64,000 bases of DNA from Hyalangium minutum (GCF_000737315.1 NZ_JMCB01000026.1:1-64000), one strand, 5' to 3'; positions 26,406-36,616 are shown, counted from the stretch's first letter. Program-made: numbers and translations. Notes: generated from the sequence alone by a model not told the origin.

Positions 26406-27452
26406 TTACAGGAGCTTCATCAGCTCCGCGCGCTTGGCCTTGTACTCCTCCTCGGAGAGGACGCCCGCGTCGAGCAGCTCCTTGATCTCCTTCAGGCGCT
26501 GCGCCGGGCTGCGCGTGTCCGCCGGAGGAGCCGCCTCGGCCGCAGGAGGCGGTGCCTGGCGCTGCTGGTTCTGGTTGTTCATGAACATCTGCGCCATGCC
26601 CATGCCCATGCCCATGCCCATGCCGGACAGGGCGCCGTCGGAGCCGCCACCACCGCCCTTGGCCATGCCCTCGGAGGCACCCAGCATCGCCTGGCCCTGC
26701 GCGTACTGCTGGAAGCCGCCCGCCATGCGCGAGTACGCCGCATCCTTGGAGAACTTCTTCAGCGTCGCCTCGTCCTCCTCCTTGATGCTGACGTGGAAGT
26801 TGCCCAGGCGCACCACGGTGAGCCCGTAGGTGTCCACGTGCGGCTTCACGCCGGCGATCACCTCGGTCTCGATCTCCTCGGTGTACGCGCCGCTCGTCAC
26901 GTCGAGCAGCGGCCAGCGCTTCTTCACCAGCAGCTCGGCGATGCGATCCTTGATGACCTTGAGGACCTGGCTCTTGAACCAGCCCAGGAAGTCATCGTTG
27001 CTGGCGCGGCCCATGCCGACCAGGCCCACCACCAGCTTCTCCGGCTCGGTGACGCGGATGGAGAAGTCGCCGTACACCATGGTGCCGATGCCCAGGCCCG
27101 TCTCCGGGTCGCGCACGTCACCGATGGGGCCGCCGAACTTCACGCCCGGGTGCTCGCGCGTGGAGACGAAGAAGACCTCCGTCATGAACATGTTGCCGCC
27201 GGTGAAGCTCTCCAGCAGCCGGGACAGGAAGGGGATGTTCTTGCTGTCCAGCGTGTGGCGTCCGGGCCCCAGCTTGCCCTCAACCTTGCCGTCCTTGACG
27301 AAGAGCGCAATCTCGTCAGCGTCCACGGTGAGCTGGGTCAGCATCCGGATGTTCTTCTCCGGATACTTGTAGATGATCTCGCCCTTGGCTTCGTCCGCGC
27401 GGGCAATGAAGTTGCGCTTCGCCTCGCCCTTGATCGAATCGAAAATGCCCAT
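26406..27452 (-). CDS. SPFH/band-7-like (YdjI-type) protein with C-terminal SHOCT domain
   Basis: SQLTV-like MLTQLTV...LFVKDGK...GPGRHTL...NIP.L; (GM)5 tract; RLKEIKELLDAGVLSEEEYKAKRAELM. Confidence 0.85.
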   Translation of the reverse strand: MGIFDSIKGEAKRNFIARADEAKGEIIYKYPEKNIRMLTQLTVDADEIALFVKDGKVEGKLGPGRHTLDSKNIPFLSRLLESFTGGNMFMTEVFFVSTREHPGVKFGGPIGDVRDPETGLGIGTMVYGDFSIRVTEPEKLVVGLVGMGRASNDDFLGWFKSQVLKVIKDRIAELLVKKRWPLLDVTSGAYTEEIETEVIAGVKPHVDTYGLTVVRLGNFHVSIKEEDEATLKKFSKDAAYSRMAGGFQQYAQGQAMLGASEGMAKGGGGGSDGALSGMGMGMGMGMAQMFMNNQNQQRQAPPPAAEAAPPADTRSPAQRLKEIKELLDAGVLSEEEYKAKRAELMKLL

Positions 27453-27637
27453 CGTGCTCGCTCAGCCTCCGTTCGGACTGCGTCACCTGCCAGAACCCAC
27501 GCCGCCCCGTATTCCATACGGATAGCGGCCAGAGCGATTCCATGCTCGCCCTTCGGCAGGCGGTTAGCTCCCGCAACATGCCAGTTTTACTAGGGCTTGG
27601 CCAGCCAACCAGAGGAGGGCTTGCCCGATTTCGAGGC

Positions 27638-28438
27638 TCAGCCCCAGCGGCTGATGAGGCGCTCGCGATCCAGCAGCCGGATGCTGGCCACCAGCAGCAC
27701 GGCGTCCAGCAGGAGCACCACAGCGCCTTGCACGGCGTAGTAGCCCATCCCTGCGGTCAGGAGGCCGGCCACCTGGCCTCCCACGAGCCCCACCAGCGGG
27801 AGCACCACGAGCGCGGAGAGCTGCTGGGCGGTGCGGGCCTCGGACACGCGGGCGGAGATCAGCACCGCCACCCCGTTGCCGAAGAAGGCGAACAGGGGCG
27901 CGAGCACGAAGATGCCGAAGGTCCACAGTGTGTTGGGCATCAGCGGCCCCTTCACCATGGGCCACGCCACCACATCCACGCCGATGCAGAAGAGAACGAA
28001 GGCCACCCAGGAGATCCCCACAGCGGGCACCAGCGAGGCCAGGCTCTTGCCGGCCACCAGTTCGGCGGCCGTCACGGGCGAGGCCAACAGCGGCTCCAGG
28101 GTCCGCCGCTCCTTCTCCCCCGCCACGCTCTGCGAAGAGATGAGGATGGGGACGAAGACGGGCATGACCAGGAACATGCCGAACCAGTCGGTGAGCGTCC
28201 GGTCGATCAGGAAGCGCGCCGCATTGGCGCCCAGCGGCAGGGCCTTGTCGTAGTACTGAGCGATGACGCGCAGGTTCGGATCATCCGGCCGCTGCACGTA
28301 CGTCCACACCACGCCGATGGGCACGCAGATGAAGACCAGGGGCAGCACCGTCATGGACAGCAGCAGCCCCAGGTTTTTTCGCAGGTCCAGGAAGTCTTTC
28401 CAGAAGACCGCCAGCGCGCGCTTGGGCCGGAACGCCAT
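27638..28438 (-). CDS. ABC-2 type transporter permease
   Basis: Six TM segments; SVAGEKERRTLEPLLASP...ELVAGK. Confidence 0.9.
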   Translation of the reverse strand: MAFRPKRALAVFWKDFLDLRKNLGLLLSMTVLPLVFICVPIGVVWTYVQRPDDPNLRVIAQYYDKALPLGANAARFLIDRTLTDWFGMFLVMPVFVPILISSQSVAGEKERRTLEPLLASPVTAAELVAGKSLASLVPAVGISWVAFVLFCIGVDVVAWPMVKGPLMPNTLWTFGIFVLAPLFAFFGNGVAVLISARVSEARTAQQLSALVVLPLVGLVGGQVAGLLTAGMGYYAVQGAVVLLLDAVLLVASIRLLDRERLISRWG

Positions 28439-28440
28439 GG

Positions 28441-29358
28441 TCAGCCCCTCCCCTGTCGGATGAGCTCCAGGTAGACCTCTTCGAGCGGCCGGTTGGCGGG
28501 CACGGCGCTGTGCACCCGCGCGCCCGCGTTCACCAGGGCCGCCAGCACGTCCGGCGCCTGGGCATCGTCGGAGAGCATGACCTTGAGACGACCGCCCTCG
28601 CTCAGCACGTTGGGGGCGAAGGGCAGCGCGGCCAGGGCGGGACGGAAGCGCTCGGCGTCGCCCTCCACGCGGATGTCCAGCGCCTGCCCCGCGCGCCGCA
28701 GCTCGCTCAGCGGGGCCATGGCCAGCAGCCGGCCCTGGATGATGGCGGCGCGCGTGCACAGCCGCTCCACCTCGGACAGGTTGTGCGAGCACAGGACGAT
28801 AGTGCGCCCCTCGGTGGCCAGCTCCGCCACGGCATCGCGCACGGTGCGGGCGGACTCGGGATCCAGGCCCGAGGTGGGCTCGTCCAGGAAGATGACCTTC
28901 GGGTCGTGCACCAGCGTGCGGACGATGGCCAGCTTCTGGCGCATGCCCTTGGAGAAGCCGCCGCATGGGTCATCCACGCGCGCGGCCAGCCCGAAGCGCT
29001 CCAGGTACGCGAGCGCGCGAGGCCATGCGGCGGCCTCGTCCAGCTCGTGCAGCTTCATGAAGAAGCGGAGGTTCTCGCGGGCAGTCAGCCGGTCATAGAG
29101 CCCGGGCTGCTCGGTGAGGAGGCCCACGGTGCGCCGCAGCTGCTCGCCGTGAGTGCGCACCGAGTGGCCCCAGACGAAGGCCTCGCCCTCGGAGGGCAGG
29201 AGCAACCCGGTGAGCATGCGCACCGTGGTCGTCTTCCCGGCGCCGTTGGGCCCGAGCAAGCCGAACACCTCGCCCGGGCGCACGTCGAACGTGAGCCCCT
29301 GCACCGCCGTCCGATCGCCAAAGCGCTTGGCGAGTCCCTGAACCTGGATGCCGCTCAA
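28441..29358 (-). CDS. ABC transporter ATP-binding protein
   Basis: GPNGAGKTT, FSKGMRQK, FLDEPTSGLD, SHN; TTG start overlaps the upstream stop. Confidence 0.93.
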   Translation of the reverse strand: MSGIQVQGLAKRFGDRTAVQGLTFDVRPGEVFGLLGPNGAGKTTTVRMLTGLLLPSEGEAFVWGHSVRTHGEQLRRTVGLLTEQPGLYDRLTARENLRFFMKLHELDEAAAWPRALAYLERFGLAARVDDPCGGFSKGMRQKLAIVRTLVHDPKVIFLDEPTSGLDPESARTVRDAVAELATEGRTIVLCSHNLSEVERLCTRAAIIQGRLLAMAPLSELRRAGQALDIRVEGDAERFRPALAALPFAPNVLSEGGRLKVMLSDDAQAPDVLAALVNAGARVHSAVPANRPLEEVYLELIRQGRG

Positions 29359-31985
29359 TCGACGGCCACCAGGACGAACTTGTTGTTGATGTCGCGGTCG
29401 ATGATGGTGACCTTCTTGTCGGCGCCCACAGCGCTGGTGAGCGCCGTCAGACGGCCGTGCTCCACGAGCACCCACTCGCGGCCCGGCTGGGCCACGAAGT
29501 TGCGCAGGCGCACGTTGGCATCGCCCAGGCGGAACTGCTCCACCGTGTTGCGCGAGTAGAACGTCTCTCCGCGCCAGTTCATCTGGAACGCGGCGATGGG
29601 CTCGCCCGGGCGGTGCTGGCGGTAGTAGCGCCAGAAGAGGTCCCGCTGCGTCCAGTGGTGGGACAGCTTCACCCAGTGGTTCCAGTTGAACCAGCACGCG
29701 AAGCAGATGGCGAAGGCCCAGAAGACACCGAAGAGCATCACCCGGGCCTGCTTGAGCGCGGCCACCACCGCGAGCACGCCCGCCACGGCGAAGACGAAGC
29801 CCATGCCCTTCCTCACGTTGATGGGCTCCTGGAGGGCTCGGAGCAGCGCGTCCGTGCCGATGGGCCTGCCGAAGCCTGCGGCGGCGAGTCCGCCTCCGGC
29901 GACCGCCCATGCGGCCGCGTAGAGCAGGCGCGAGGTGCGCAGCGCCTTCGGGCCACGCAGGGCCTCGAAGACACAGAAGGCGGCCGTCACGAGGCCCGCC
30001 ACGCCCAGCGGCCCCATGGCCGTCACCTTCCCCTCGGTGTACATGGGAACCAGCATGGCGCCGCCGCACAGCAGCGTCGCGATCGCGGTGGAGCGAGAGC
30101 CGGTGACATCCTCGGCGGCTTTGCCCGCTGTGCTCGCGACGGCCGTGGCCGGAGCCTCTGGGGCCTTGGCCTCCGTCGTCACGGCCGTGGCGGGAGTCTC
30201 CGAAGCCTGGGCCTCGGTCCCTGCCGCAGGGGCCGGAGCCTCCGCGGCCTGGGGCTCCGCCGCGTCCTTGGCGACAGCCGTGACCGGAGCGGCCAGCGCG
30301 GGCTCGGGCTTGGCCTCGGCTGGAGCAGTCTCCACGGTGGCGGTGGCCGGAGTGGCAGTGGCCTCCGAGCCTGCGGCGGCCTTGGCCTTCTTGTCGCCGC
30401 TCTTGGGAACGAAGACCTCGATCACGAGGTACGCCCCCAGCGCCAGCAAGGCGGCCGTCACGAAGTCGCCGATCCACAGCGACCGAGAATCCCAGAACGG
30501 AATGGGCTTGGTGACGAGCTCGGTGGGGTACGGGCGGTCGTAGTTGTAGACGAAGAGGTCCGTGAAGTTCTTGGGCGTCTCCGCCAGATCCTTGCCCACG
30601 AGGATGAAGAGCACGAGCCCGAAGAGCAGACTGACGGCATGCTCGGCGGGTCCGTCCTTCCACAGCCGGTCGATGAAGAGCGCGATGAGGATCGCCAGCC
30701 CGGGGAGGATGGGGAACACGTAGTGGTGGAACTTCGTGGCGCTCGAGGCCAGCAGCCAGAAGCTGAAGGCCACCCACAGCACGGCGAGCAGCGCCAGGTG
30801 GTCCGCCTTCGAGGCCGAGCGCAGCTTCAGCCGGGACACCACCGCGAAGGCGCCGGGCAGCAGCGCCACCCAGGGGAAGATGGCGTAGCCGCCCTGCTCG
30901 ATGAAGTAGATGAAAGTGCCGCCCGGGGTGGTGGTGTGCACGCCCGCCGTGAGCCGGTTCAGGTGGTCGTGGATGAAGAAGCGGTAGAAGAAGCCCTTGC
31001 CCTCGTCATCCACCTCGGGGAACAGGCTGAGGGTGAGATACCAGGGCACCGCCACCCCGCAGAACACCAGGAAGCCGGTGCCCAGGCGCATGCGGAACAT
31101 CTGCCCCCAGAGCACGGGCATGGCGCGCTTGCCCTCGCGCACCTCCTTGCGGAAGGTGCGGCTCCACAGCCAGCGCACGTGCTCCTGGCCCGCGGCCCAG
31201 CTCCAGGGGATGACGGCCAGCAGCGCGTAGATCAGCAGGAAGGCCGCGGGCAACACGCCCAACAGGCCCTTGGCCAGCACGGCCAGGCCCAGGAAGACGT
31301 AGAAGGCGTACCACCAGGCACTGCGGTGCTTCGTCGTGTCATCGAGCTGGCCGATGAACGCGCACGCCATGGCGCAGATCATCGTGGTGACGAACGGGGT
31401 GTCCGTCACGGTCTGCCGGGTGAGCAGGAAGTAGAGCGGCATGGTGACGAGCACGAAGCCCGTGGCCAAGCCCGCACGCACGCTCACCACGCGCGACACC
31501 GCCAACGACAGCAGCGTCACCGCGGCGGCGCTCAGCAGGGCAAACGGCGTGCGCATGCCCCACTCGGTGTAGCGGCCCAGCTCGCCGGTGCCGCGCAAGG
31601 CATCCACCACCTGAATGCCCAGCGCCTGCATCCACATCGTCATGGGCGGCTTGGAGAAGAACCACGCGTTCTCCCACCAGGGGAACACGTAGTCGCGGCG
31701 GACCACCATCATCCGCGCCACCTCGCCGTAGTGCGTCTCCCAGGGGTCCCACAGTCCCACCGCGCCCAGGTAGGGCAGGAACACCCCGAGCGACAGCCCC
31801 CCCATCAGCAGCACCACCCGGAGCGACAGTGGCAGCGCCACCCAGCGCTGGAACCACTTCTCCGTGGAGATGTCCTTGCCGAGCAGCCCCTCGACGAAGC
31901 TCTCCGGGACCGGCTCGGGCGCGGGCTTCTGCTCGGGCGCGGGCTTCTGCTCCTGCTGTTGTTGCTGCTCGCCGTCACTCGCCAC
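29355..31985 (-). CDS. ArnT/PMT-family (GT-C) polyprenyl-linked glycosyltransferase
   Basis: GLWDPWETHYGEVARMM, FSKPP, TDTP, LAKGL, HYVFP; many TM segments; long Ala/Glu/Pro/Thr-rich insert. Confidence 0.85.
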   Translation of the reverse strand: MASDGEQQQQQEQKPAPEQKPAPEPVPESFVEGLLGKDISTEKWFQRWVALPLSLRVVLLMGGLSLGVFLPYLGAVGLWDPWETHYGEVARMMVVRRDYVFPWWENAWFFSKPPMTMWMQALGIQVVDALRGTGELGRYTEWGMRTPFALLSAAAVTLLSLAVSRVVSVRAGLATGFVLVTMPLYFLLTRQTVTDTPFVTTMICAMACAFIGQLDDTTKHRSAWWYAFYVFLGLAVLAKGLLGVLPAAFLLIYALLAVIPWSWAAGQEHVRWLWSRTFRKEVREGKRAMPVLWGQMFRMRLGTGFLVFCGVAVPWYLTLSLFPEVDDEGKGFFYRFFIHDHLNRLTAGVHTTTPGGTFIYFIEQGGYAIFPWVALLPGAFAVVSRLKLRSASKADHLALLAVLWVAFSFWLLASSATKFHHYVFPILPGLAILIALFIDRLWKDGPAEHAVSLLFGLVLFILVGKDLAETPKNFTDLFVYNYDRPYPTELVTKPIPFWDSRSLWIGDFVTAALLALGAYLVIEVFVPKSGDKKAKAAAGSEATATPATATVETAPAEAKPEPALAAPVTAVAKDAAEPQAAEAPAPAAGTEAQASETPATAVTTEAKAPEAPATAVASTAGKAAEDVTGSRSTAIATLLCGGAMLVPMYTEGKVTAMGPLGVAGLVTAAFCVFEALRGPKALRTSRLLYAAAWAVAGGGLAAAGFGRPIGTDALLRALQEPINVRKGMGFVFAVAGVLAVVAALKQARVMLFGVFWAFAICFACWFNWNHWVKLSHHWTQRDLFWRYYRQHRPGEPIAAFQMNWRGETFYSRNTVEQFRLGDANVRLRNFVAQPGREWVLVEHGRLTALTSAVGADKKVTIIDRDINNKFVLVAVD

Positions 31986-32238
31986 GGAAAAGGACGCCTC
32001 CGTCTGGATCCGGCCCGCCTACATCCTGGGCCGCGGCCTTATATCCCCCGTGACGCTCCGGGTCGACCTCCGCCGGGTGTACCGCTACCGCGTCACGGGT
32101 GCCGTGCATTGTGCCGGAAGCTGCACACCGATGCGCAGCAAACCCGCGAAAGCCCGCTCTACAGGCAGGGGGGCACGGCGTTTGAAGAGACCTGGGGAGC
32201 AGCCCCCGTCCGAAGCGGGGGCCGATGTGGGAGGCGTG

Positions 32239-33540
32239 ATGATCATCCAGGCAGCAGCGCTGGGGTGGGCCCTCTTGCTCTCGCAGGTCGAGGGTCAGGA
32301 GAAGGCTCCCCAGCCAGAGACGCAGCAAGCAGGGGAAGATTCAGCGAAGGGTGCGACGCAGGAGCCGGCCCGGCAGGGAAGCGACCTGACGGGGCTCCTG
32401 ACGCCCGAGGAGCCGATGCCTGCGCTCCGCTACGACCAGCCCATCCTCTGCACGAAGCTGCCGCCCACCAAGCAGGTGCCCTCGGGGGAGTACCGGATGC
32501 AGTGCGATCCGGTGACGCGGCGGTGCCTGATTGCCCCAGGCAGCGAGCTGGACGCGGAGGGGGTAGAGCTGGACCGGCCATTGCTGCGCACCTCGTACTG
32601 TGACCGCTCCGAGGCGAGCGCGAACGTGCGGGTGCAGGAGGGCTACCGCTTCGTGCCGGCCATCGCCGAGTCGCCGCCGGGCTGGTACCGCGACGAGCAG
32701 GGCCGGGTGATGCAGTTCAACTTCGACTTGCACCGGCGGTTCTACCTGGGCGGCGCGTGGGCTCCGCTGTTCCGCAGCGGGCAGCCGGCGGAGACGGAGC
32801 GCGTCCGGGTGGACTTCGGCATCCAGACCGAGTTCCCGGGGGGCTCGGAGGACAACCGGCTGCACCGCGTCACGCTCCTGGAGACGGAGGTGTACCTGGG
32901 CGAGCCGAGCCTGGATGTGACGCTGGTGCGGTACGACTTCAACGTGGAGCGGACGGTGCCGCTGTTCCGCATCACCACGTTCTTCGGCAAGCCGCGGCGC
33001 TTTGACTTGGGGCTCAACCTGGGCGCGTGGATGGAGGCGCTGCACCAGGAGACCATCGAGCGCGAGGACTCGGAGCTGAGCCTGCTCACATGGGGCGCGG
33101 TGCACGGGACGCTGGACGTGTGGCACTCGAAGGATCTGGTGTCCTACGTGCGATTCCGGGTGGGCCCGTCCTTCGAGCGCGACCGGACGCACGGATTGAA
33201 CACGTTCGTGCCGACGGCGGTGTTCGAGGGCAACCTCACGCTGGACACGGACGGCTTCCACCACCTGCTGTTCTCGGCCGAGGCGGAGAAGGTGCTGCTG
33301 GACGACCCGGTGGAGAACCGCCCGCTGCACCCCGAGCGGCTGAAGGTGAAGGCGGGCTACGAGCTCATCCTGCTGGCCATCAACGATCAGCCGGTGAGCC
33401 TGGTGGCGGATGGGCGTGGCATGTGGCGCAACGACATTCCGAACGTGAGGGGCAAGTGGGAGTGGTCCGCCAACGTGGGGCTGAGGGCTTCGCTGTGGGC
33501 TCCGGCGCGGCGGAGTGCTCCGCTGGCGAGCGCTCGCTAG
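32239..33540 (+). CDS. Hypothetical exported, probably outer-membrane beta-barrel protein
   Basis: Signal-like N-terminus, small Cys-containing domain, then alternating amphipathic beta-strands; ATG 32239 after GGAGG. Confidence 0.65.
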   Translation: MIIQAAALGWALLLSQVEGQEKAPQPETQQAGEDSAKGATQEPARQGSDLTGLLTPEEPMPALRYDQPILCTKLPPTKQVPSGEYRMQCDPVTRRCLIAPGSELDAEGVELDRPLLRTSYCDRSEASANVRVQEGYRFVPAIAESPPGWYRDEQGRVMQFNFDLHRRFYLGGAWAPLFRSGQPAETERVRVDFGIQTEFPGGSEDNRLHRVTLLETEVYLGEPSLDVTLVRYDFNVERTVPLFRITTFFGKPRRFDLGLNLGAWMEALHQETIEREDSELSLLTWGAVHGTLDVWHSKDLVSYVRFRVGPSFERDRTHGLNTFVPTAVFEGNLTLDTDGFHHLLFSAEAEKVLLDDPVENRPLHPERLKVKAGYELILLAINDQPVSLVADGRGMWRNDIPNVRGKWEWSANVGLRASLWAPARRSAPLASAR

Positions 33541-33552
33541 GGAACGGACGGC

Positions 33553-34452
33553 ATGCTCTCGCTCGGACTGGCCACCCTGCTGTTCGCCCTGCCCCCAGGC
33601 TCGCCTGGGGAGGTGGCCTCTTTGCCGCCGCAGACGGATACGTGCGTCATGGAGACCGAGGCGGGGGATCGCTTCCCCACGTGCTTCGATCCGGGCAATG
33701 CGCTGTTGCTCGGGACGGGGCTGCAGGTGCGAGACGGGGTGGCGCTGCCCACGCTGCAGGCGGGAATCCTGCTGCGAACCGAGCGCAACAGCCGGAGCAA
33801 GGGGACGCTCTGGTTCAACACGCACCGCATCCTCGTGACGGAGGCGACGCCGGGTAACGTGCGGCGCGGACTGAGCACGACGCTCTACGAGGGGCTCTAC
33901 CGCCGCCACTTGGAGGAGGGCTTCATCCTGATTCCAACCTCGCGGCCCATCCGCGTGCCGTTTCCGTTCGACGTGACGGTGGCGGTGCGCGCGGGCGCCC
34001 TGGAGCGGCGGGTGTGGGAAGGCCGGGGGCTGACGGTGGAGACGGGACGGGCGGCGCTGCTGCTGGATCCGGTGCGCTCGGTGAGCGGGCGTCTGTGGCT
34101 GGGGTTCGGACCCTCGGTGAGCCACTCGCTGCGGCGCCTGGCGGATGGGACGCTGGAGCAGGAGGTATCGCCCTTCACATCCGGGGTGCTCGAGACGGGG
34201 TACGAGACAGCGGATGGCTGGTGGACGGTGCGGGCCTCGGCGCTGGCGGGGTGGATCAACCGCTTCGATGGAGGGCGGCGCTTCCGGGCGCGCGCGGACG
34301 CGAGCGTCGAGCGGATCCTGTTCGCCCTGAATGACCAGCCCCTGTGGCTCCAGCTCTACGGAACCTACGCATATAAGGATGCGGGCCTGGGGCTGGAGAC
34401 GGAGTGGACTGCGGGCGCACGGCTGCTGGTTCGAACCTTCAGCGCGCTTTAG
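33553..34452 (+). CDS. Hypothetical exported beta-rich protein
   Basis: Signal-like N-terminus; amphipathic strands ending ...WTAGARLLVRTFSAL; 12 nt after the previous gene. Confidence 0.65.
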   Translation: MLSLGLATLLFALPPGSPGEVASLPPQTDTCVMETEAGDRFPTCFDPGNALLLGTGLQVRDGVALPTLQAGILLRTERNSRSKGTLWFNTHRILVTEATPGNVRRGLSTTLYEGLYRRHLEEGFILIPTSRPIRVPFPFDVTVAVRAGALERRVWEGRGLTVETGRAALLLDPVRSVSGRLWLGFGPSVSHSLRRLADGTLEQEVSPFTSGVLETGYETADGWWTVRASALAGWINRFDGGRRFRARADASVERILFALNDQPLWLQLYGTYAYKDAGLGLETEWTAGARLLVRTFSAL

Positions 34453-34457
34453 AAAAG

Positions 34458-35186
34458 TCAGCGCGGCCCTGTCGGCCAGGGCTGCAACTTCCTCAACAGC
34501 CCTGCCCGATCCAGCAGTTCGTGGACGCGCGCGGCGAGGGCAACGTGCTCTGGGTTGGAGACAGTGAAGCGCTCAGGGGTGAGGATGACGAGGGTCCCCT
34601 TGTCCTCCACAGGCTCGATACGCACGGGAGCAGGCAGTGGGGGCACCGTGCCGCGCAGCCGCGAGAAGTACATGACCCACCCGACGAACGTGCCCGCATG
34701 GGGAAACCCCTCGACCGCTGCATCCCGATGCGCATCAGAGGTTGCAACTCCCCACTCTGGGTCCCAAGCCAGTGCCATGACCCGCAAGACGTCCGTCATC
34801 ACGGGTGCAGTCAGCACTCGCTCTCCGAGAGAACCCTCTCCGTAGGTCTTGAGTACGCAGGTGGACGAAAGGTGCAGGGAGGAATGACCGCAGTTGCCAT
34901 CAACACCGGACATCTCTTCCAGATCGTCGCCCGTCCACAAGTGGAATAAAAAGCCATCCCCAATCTGGCTCTCCCTCTGTGCGAACAGCTTCTGGAAGTT
35001 CACCGCATCTGTCGTGAACTCGAGCTTGCGTGCTTCCTCGAGAGAATCCGCGGACTCATACCAGCGGGTCCATGCCGAGTCGCAGCGCCCCAGGAGGTGG
35101 AAAAAACGTTCCGCGCGTTGTGCGCATGCCTGGGCGGACTCAGGCCGGGCGAGCCAATACGAACCCGCGTAATAGGTCTCAATCAT
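34458..35186 (-). CDS. sitI: Immunity protein Imm52 (SitI-like)
   Basis: ETYYAGSYWLARPESA..CA.RAE.FF..L..CD....RW; WDPEWG; FVGW..Y; GTLVILTPERF. Alternative GTG start at 35204 overlaps the toxin stop. Confidence 0.88.
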   Translation of the reverse strand: MIETYYAGSYWLARPESAQACAQRAERFFHLLGRCDSAWTRWYESADSLEEARKLEFTTDAVNFQKLFAQRESQIGDGFLFHLWTGDDLEEMSGVDGNCGHSSLHLSSTCVLKTYGEGSLGERVLTAPVMTDVLRVMALAWDPEWGVATSDAHRDAAVEGFPHAGTFVGWVMYFSRLRGTVPPLPAPVRIEPVEDKGTLVILTPERFTVSNPEHVALAARVHELLDRAGLLRKLQPWPTGPR

Positions 35187-35200
35187 CGAACGTTTCTCCG

Positions 35201-36616
35201 TCACGGAACCGGGGGAACATGAACGACCTGTATAGGGAGGTTAGCCCCCTTAAACATCTTCGTTAGTGCCCCTGCGAGCTTCTGCTCAGCGACGATCCAC
35301 CGGATGGGCATCCCCTGCGCCACGTTGATCTGGCGCTGCGCCTGCGCCAATAGCTTGTCGCTTCCTTTGAAGATCGGCAGAAAATCCAACTGCTGGCTGA
35401 TCCACTGCGCGTAACCGGGGCCCTTGACCTCGATCAGAACACCTTGGTCGAAGCCATCAAAGTCCGCCTCCTCGCTCCCGGACTTGACGCAGTAGGCGTA
35501 GCCCTTCGGCGCCCCTGTCACCTGGGATTGATAGGTCCGGGCGCTCTCGGACATGAACTCGTTCGCCTGAACCCACTCTCCCGGTCCACCTGGGCTGGGC
35601 GGCGCAGTTCGACCGCCAGTGCTATCTCCCGCCGCCATGGCCACGGCGTTAGGGGCCAACACGACCGCAGCCCCCTCAGCGCTCAACGCCACTGACTCCA
35701 CTTGGGCCAGCGCGGGCGCAGTGAAGCGAATACGGAGTTGAGTCTCGGCCACCACCGCAGCCTGACTGGCCCCTGGCAGCGATGGCAGTTTGGCCGCCAT
35801 GCCCGGCGCCGTATTTCCCAGCGCCACCGTCGCCAGCATCACGAAGGTCCGGGCCGCCTTCTCCCCCATCGTGTTCCCGAACTTCTCTCCCGAGGCGGCG
35901 ATGGCGTCAAAGGTGGTGGCTTGATCCACTTCCTTCATCAGCACCCACCACCCGTCGATCAGCCGCCACACTGTGTCCCACCCCAGGTACGCCATGGCCC
36001 CCACGGTCAGCAACGCAGCGACTCCCTTGCTCACGGGCTCGGGCAGCGTCAGCAAGATGGCGTACATGGTCAGCCCCCCGACGACCGTGGCAACCAACGC
36101 CTGGGGGTTCACCGTTCGCGCCAGTTCCTCCTTCATGGCTCCCAGCACCTTGCTGTGGGCGATCGCCATGGCCAGCGCGTACCGAGCATCCCCATCCAGA
36201 AAGGGCCTATCCACCAGAAGGCGCAGGCAATCCCCGCCTCCCCACTTCTCCTCGCACCACAGCAGATAGCGGCGCTTCAGTTCCTCGTCTTCGGGCAACA
36301 GTCTCAGGTTTCGCGGGCTGTCCGGCTCCGCAGCGATGAGCCGCTGGCTCCGGCTCTCGTACCGAAACCAACCGCTTCGCTCGGGCACTCCGAAGACCTG
36401 CCGAGCGTGTTCCAGGGGGCGATCCACCGCCCGCAGCCGCTGGGCATGCTCCGCCATGGCCTTTTTGAACTGCTCCTCGCGCAGTTGCACAGGCTCCACG
36501 TCGCGGCGCGGAACATGGGCGCGGGGTTCGCCTTGGCCTGTGTCCAAACGGAGGACCTTGGGTGAGGCGCTGCACCCCGAGAGAAAAGCGACCAGCAGCA
36601 GCGCTGCGCGCGGCAT
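35201..36616 (-). CDS. sitA: Lipoprotein toxin with Tox-REase-5 domain (SitA5-like)
   Basis: LSG-C lipobox; C-terminal PGEW...MS..A..YQ..VTG.P...AY...DFDGF..GVLIEVKGPGY...QA.RQ...PIRWIVAE. Confidence 0.88.
   Translation of the reverse strand: MPRAALLLVAFLSGCSASPKVLRLDTGQGEPRAHVPRRDVEPVQLREEQFKKAMAEHAQRLRAVDRPLEHARQVFGVPERSGWFRYESRSQRLIAAEPDSPRNLRLLPEDEELKRRYLLWCEEKWGGGDCLRLLVDRPFLDGDARYALAMAIAHSKVLGAMKEELARTVNPQALVATVVGGLTMYAILLTLPEPVSKGVAALLTVGAMAYLGWDTVWRLIDGWWVLMKEVDQATTFDAIAASGEKFGNTMGEKAARTFVMLATVALGNTAPGMAAKLPSLPGASQAAVVAETQLRIRFTAPALAQVESVALSAEGAAVVLAPNAVAMAAGDSTGGRTAPPSPGGPGEWVQANEFMSESARTYQSQVTGAPKGYAYCVKSGSEEADFDGFDQGVLIEVKGPGYAQWISQQLDFLPIFKGSDKLLAQAQRQINVAQGMPIRWIVAEQKLAGALTKMFKGANLPIQVVHVPPVP

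Noticed and set aside
29457-34125. Long alternative-frame ORFs (1048 aa, 594 aa, 778-aa extension of the ABC ATPase)
   Set aside because: They overlap well-supported genes. The ATPase homology begins only at TTG 29358; stop-poor frames are expected at this GC content.
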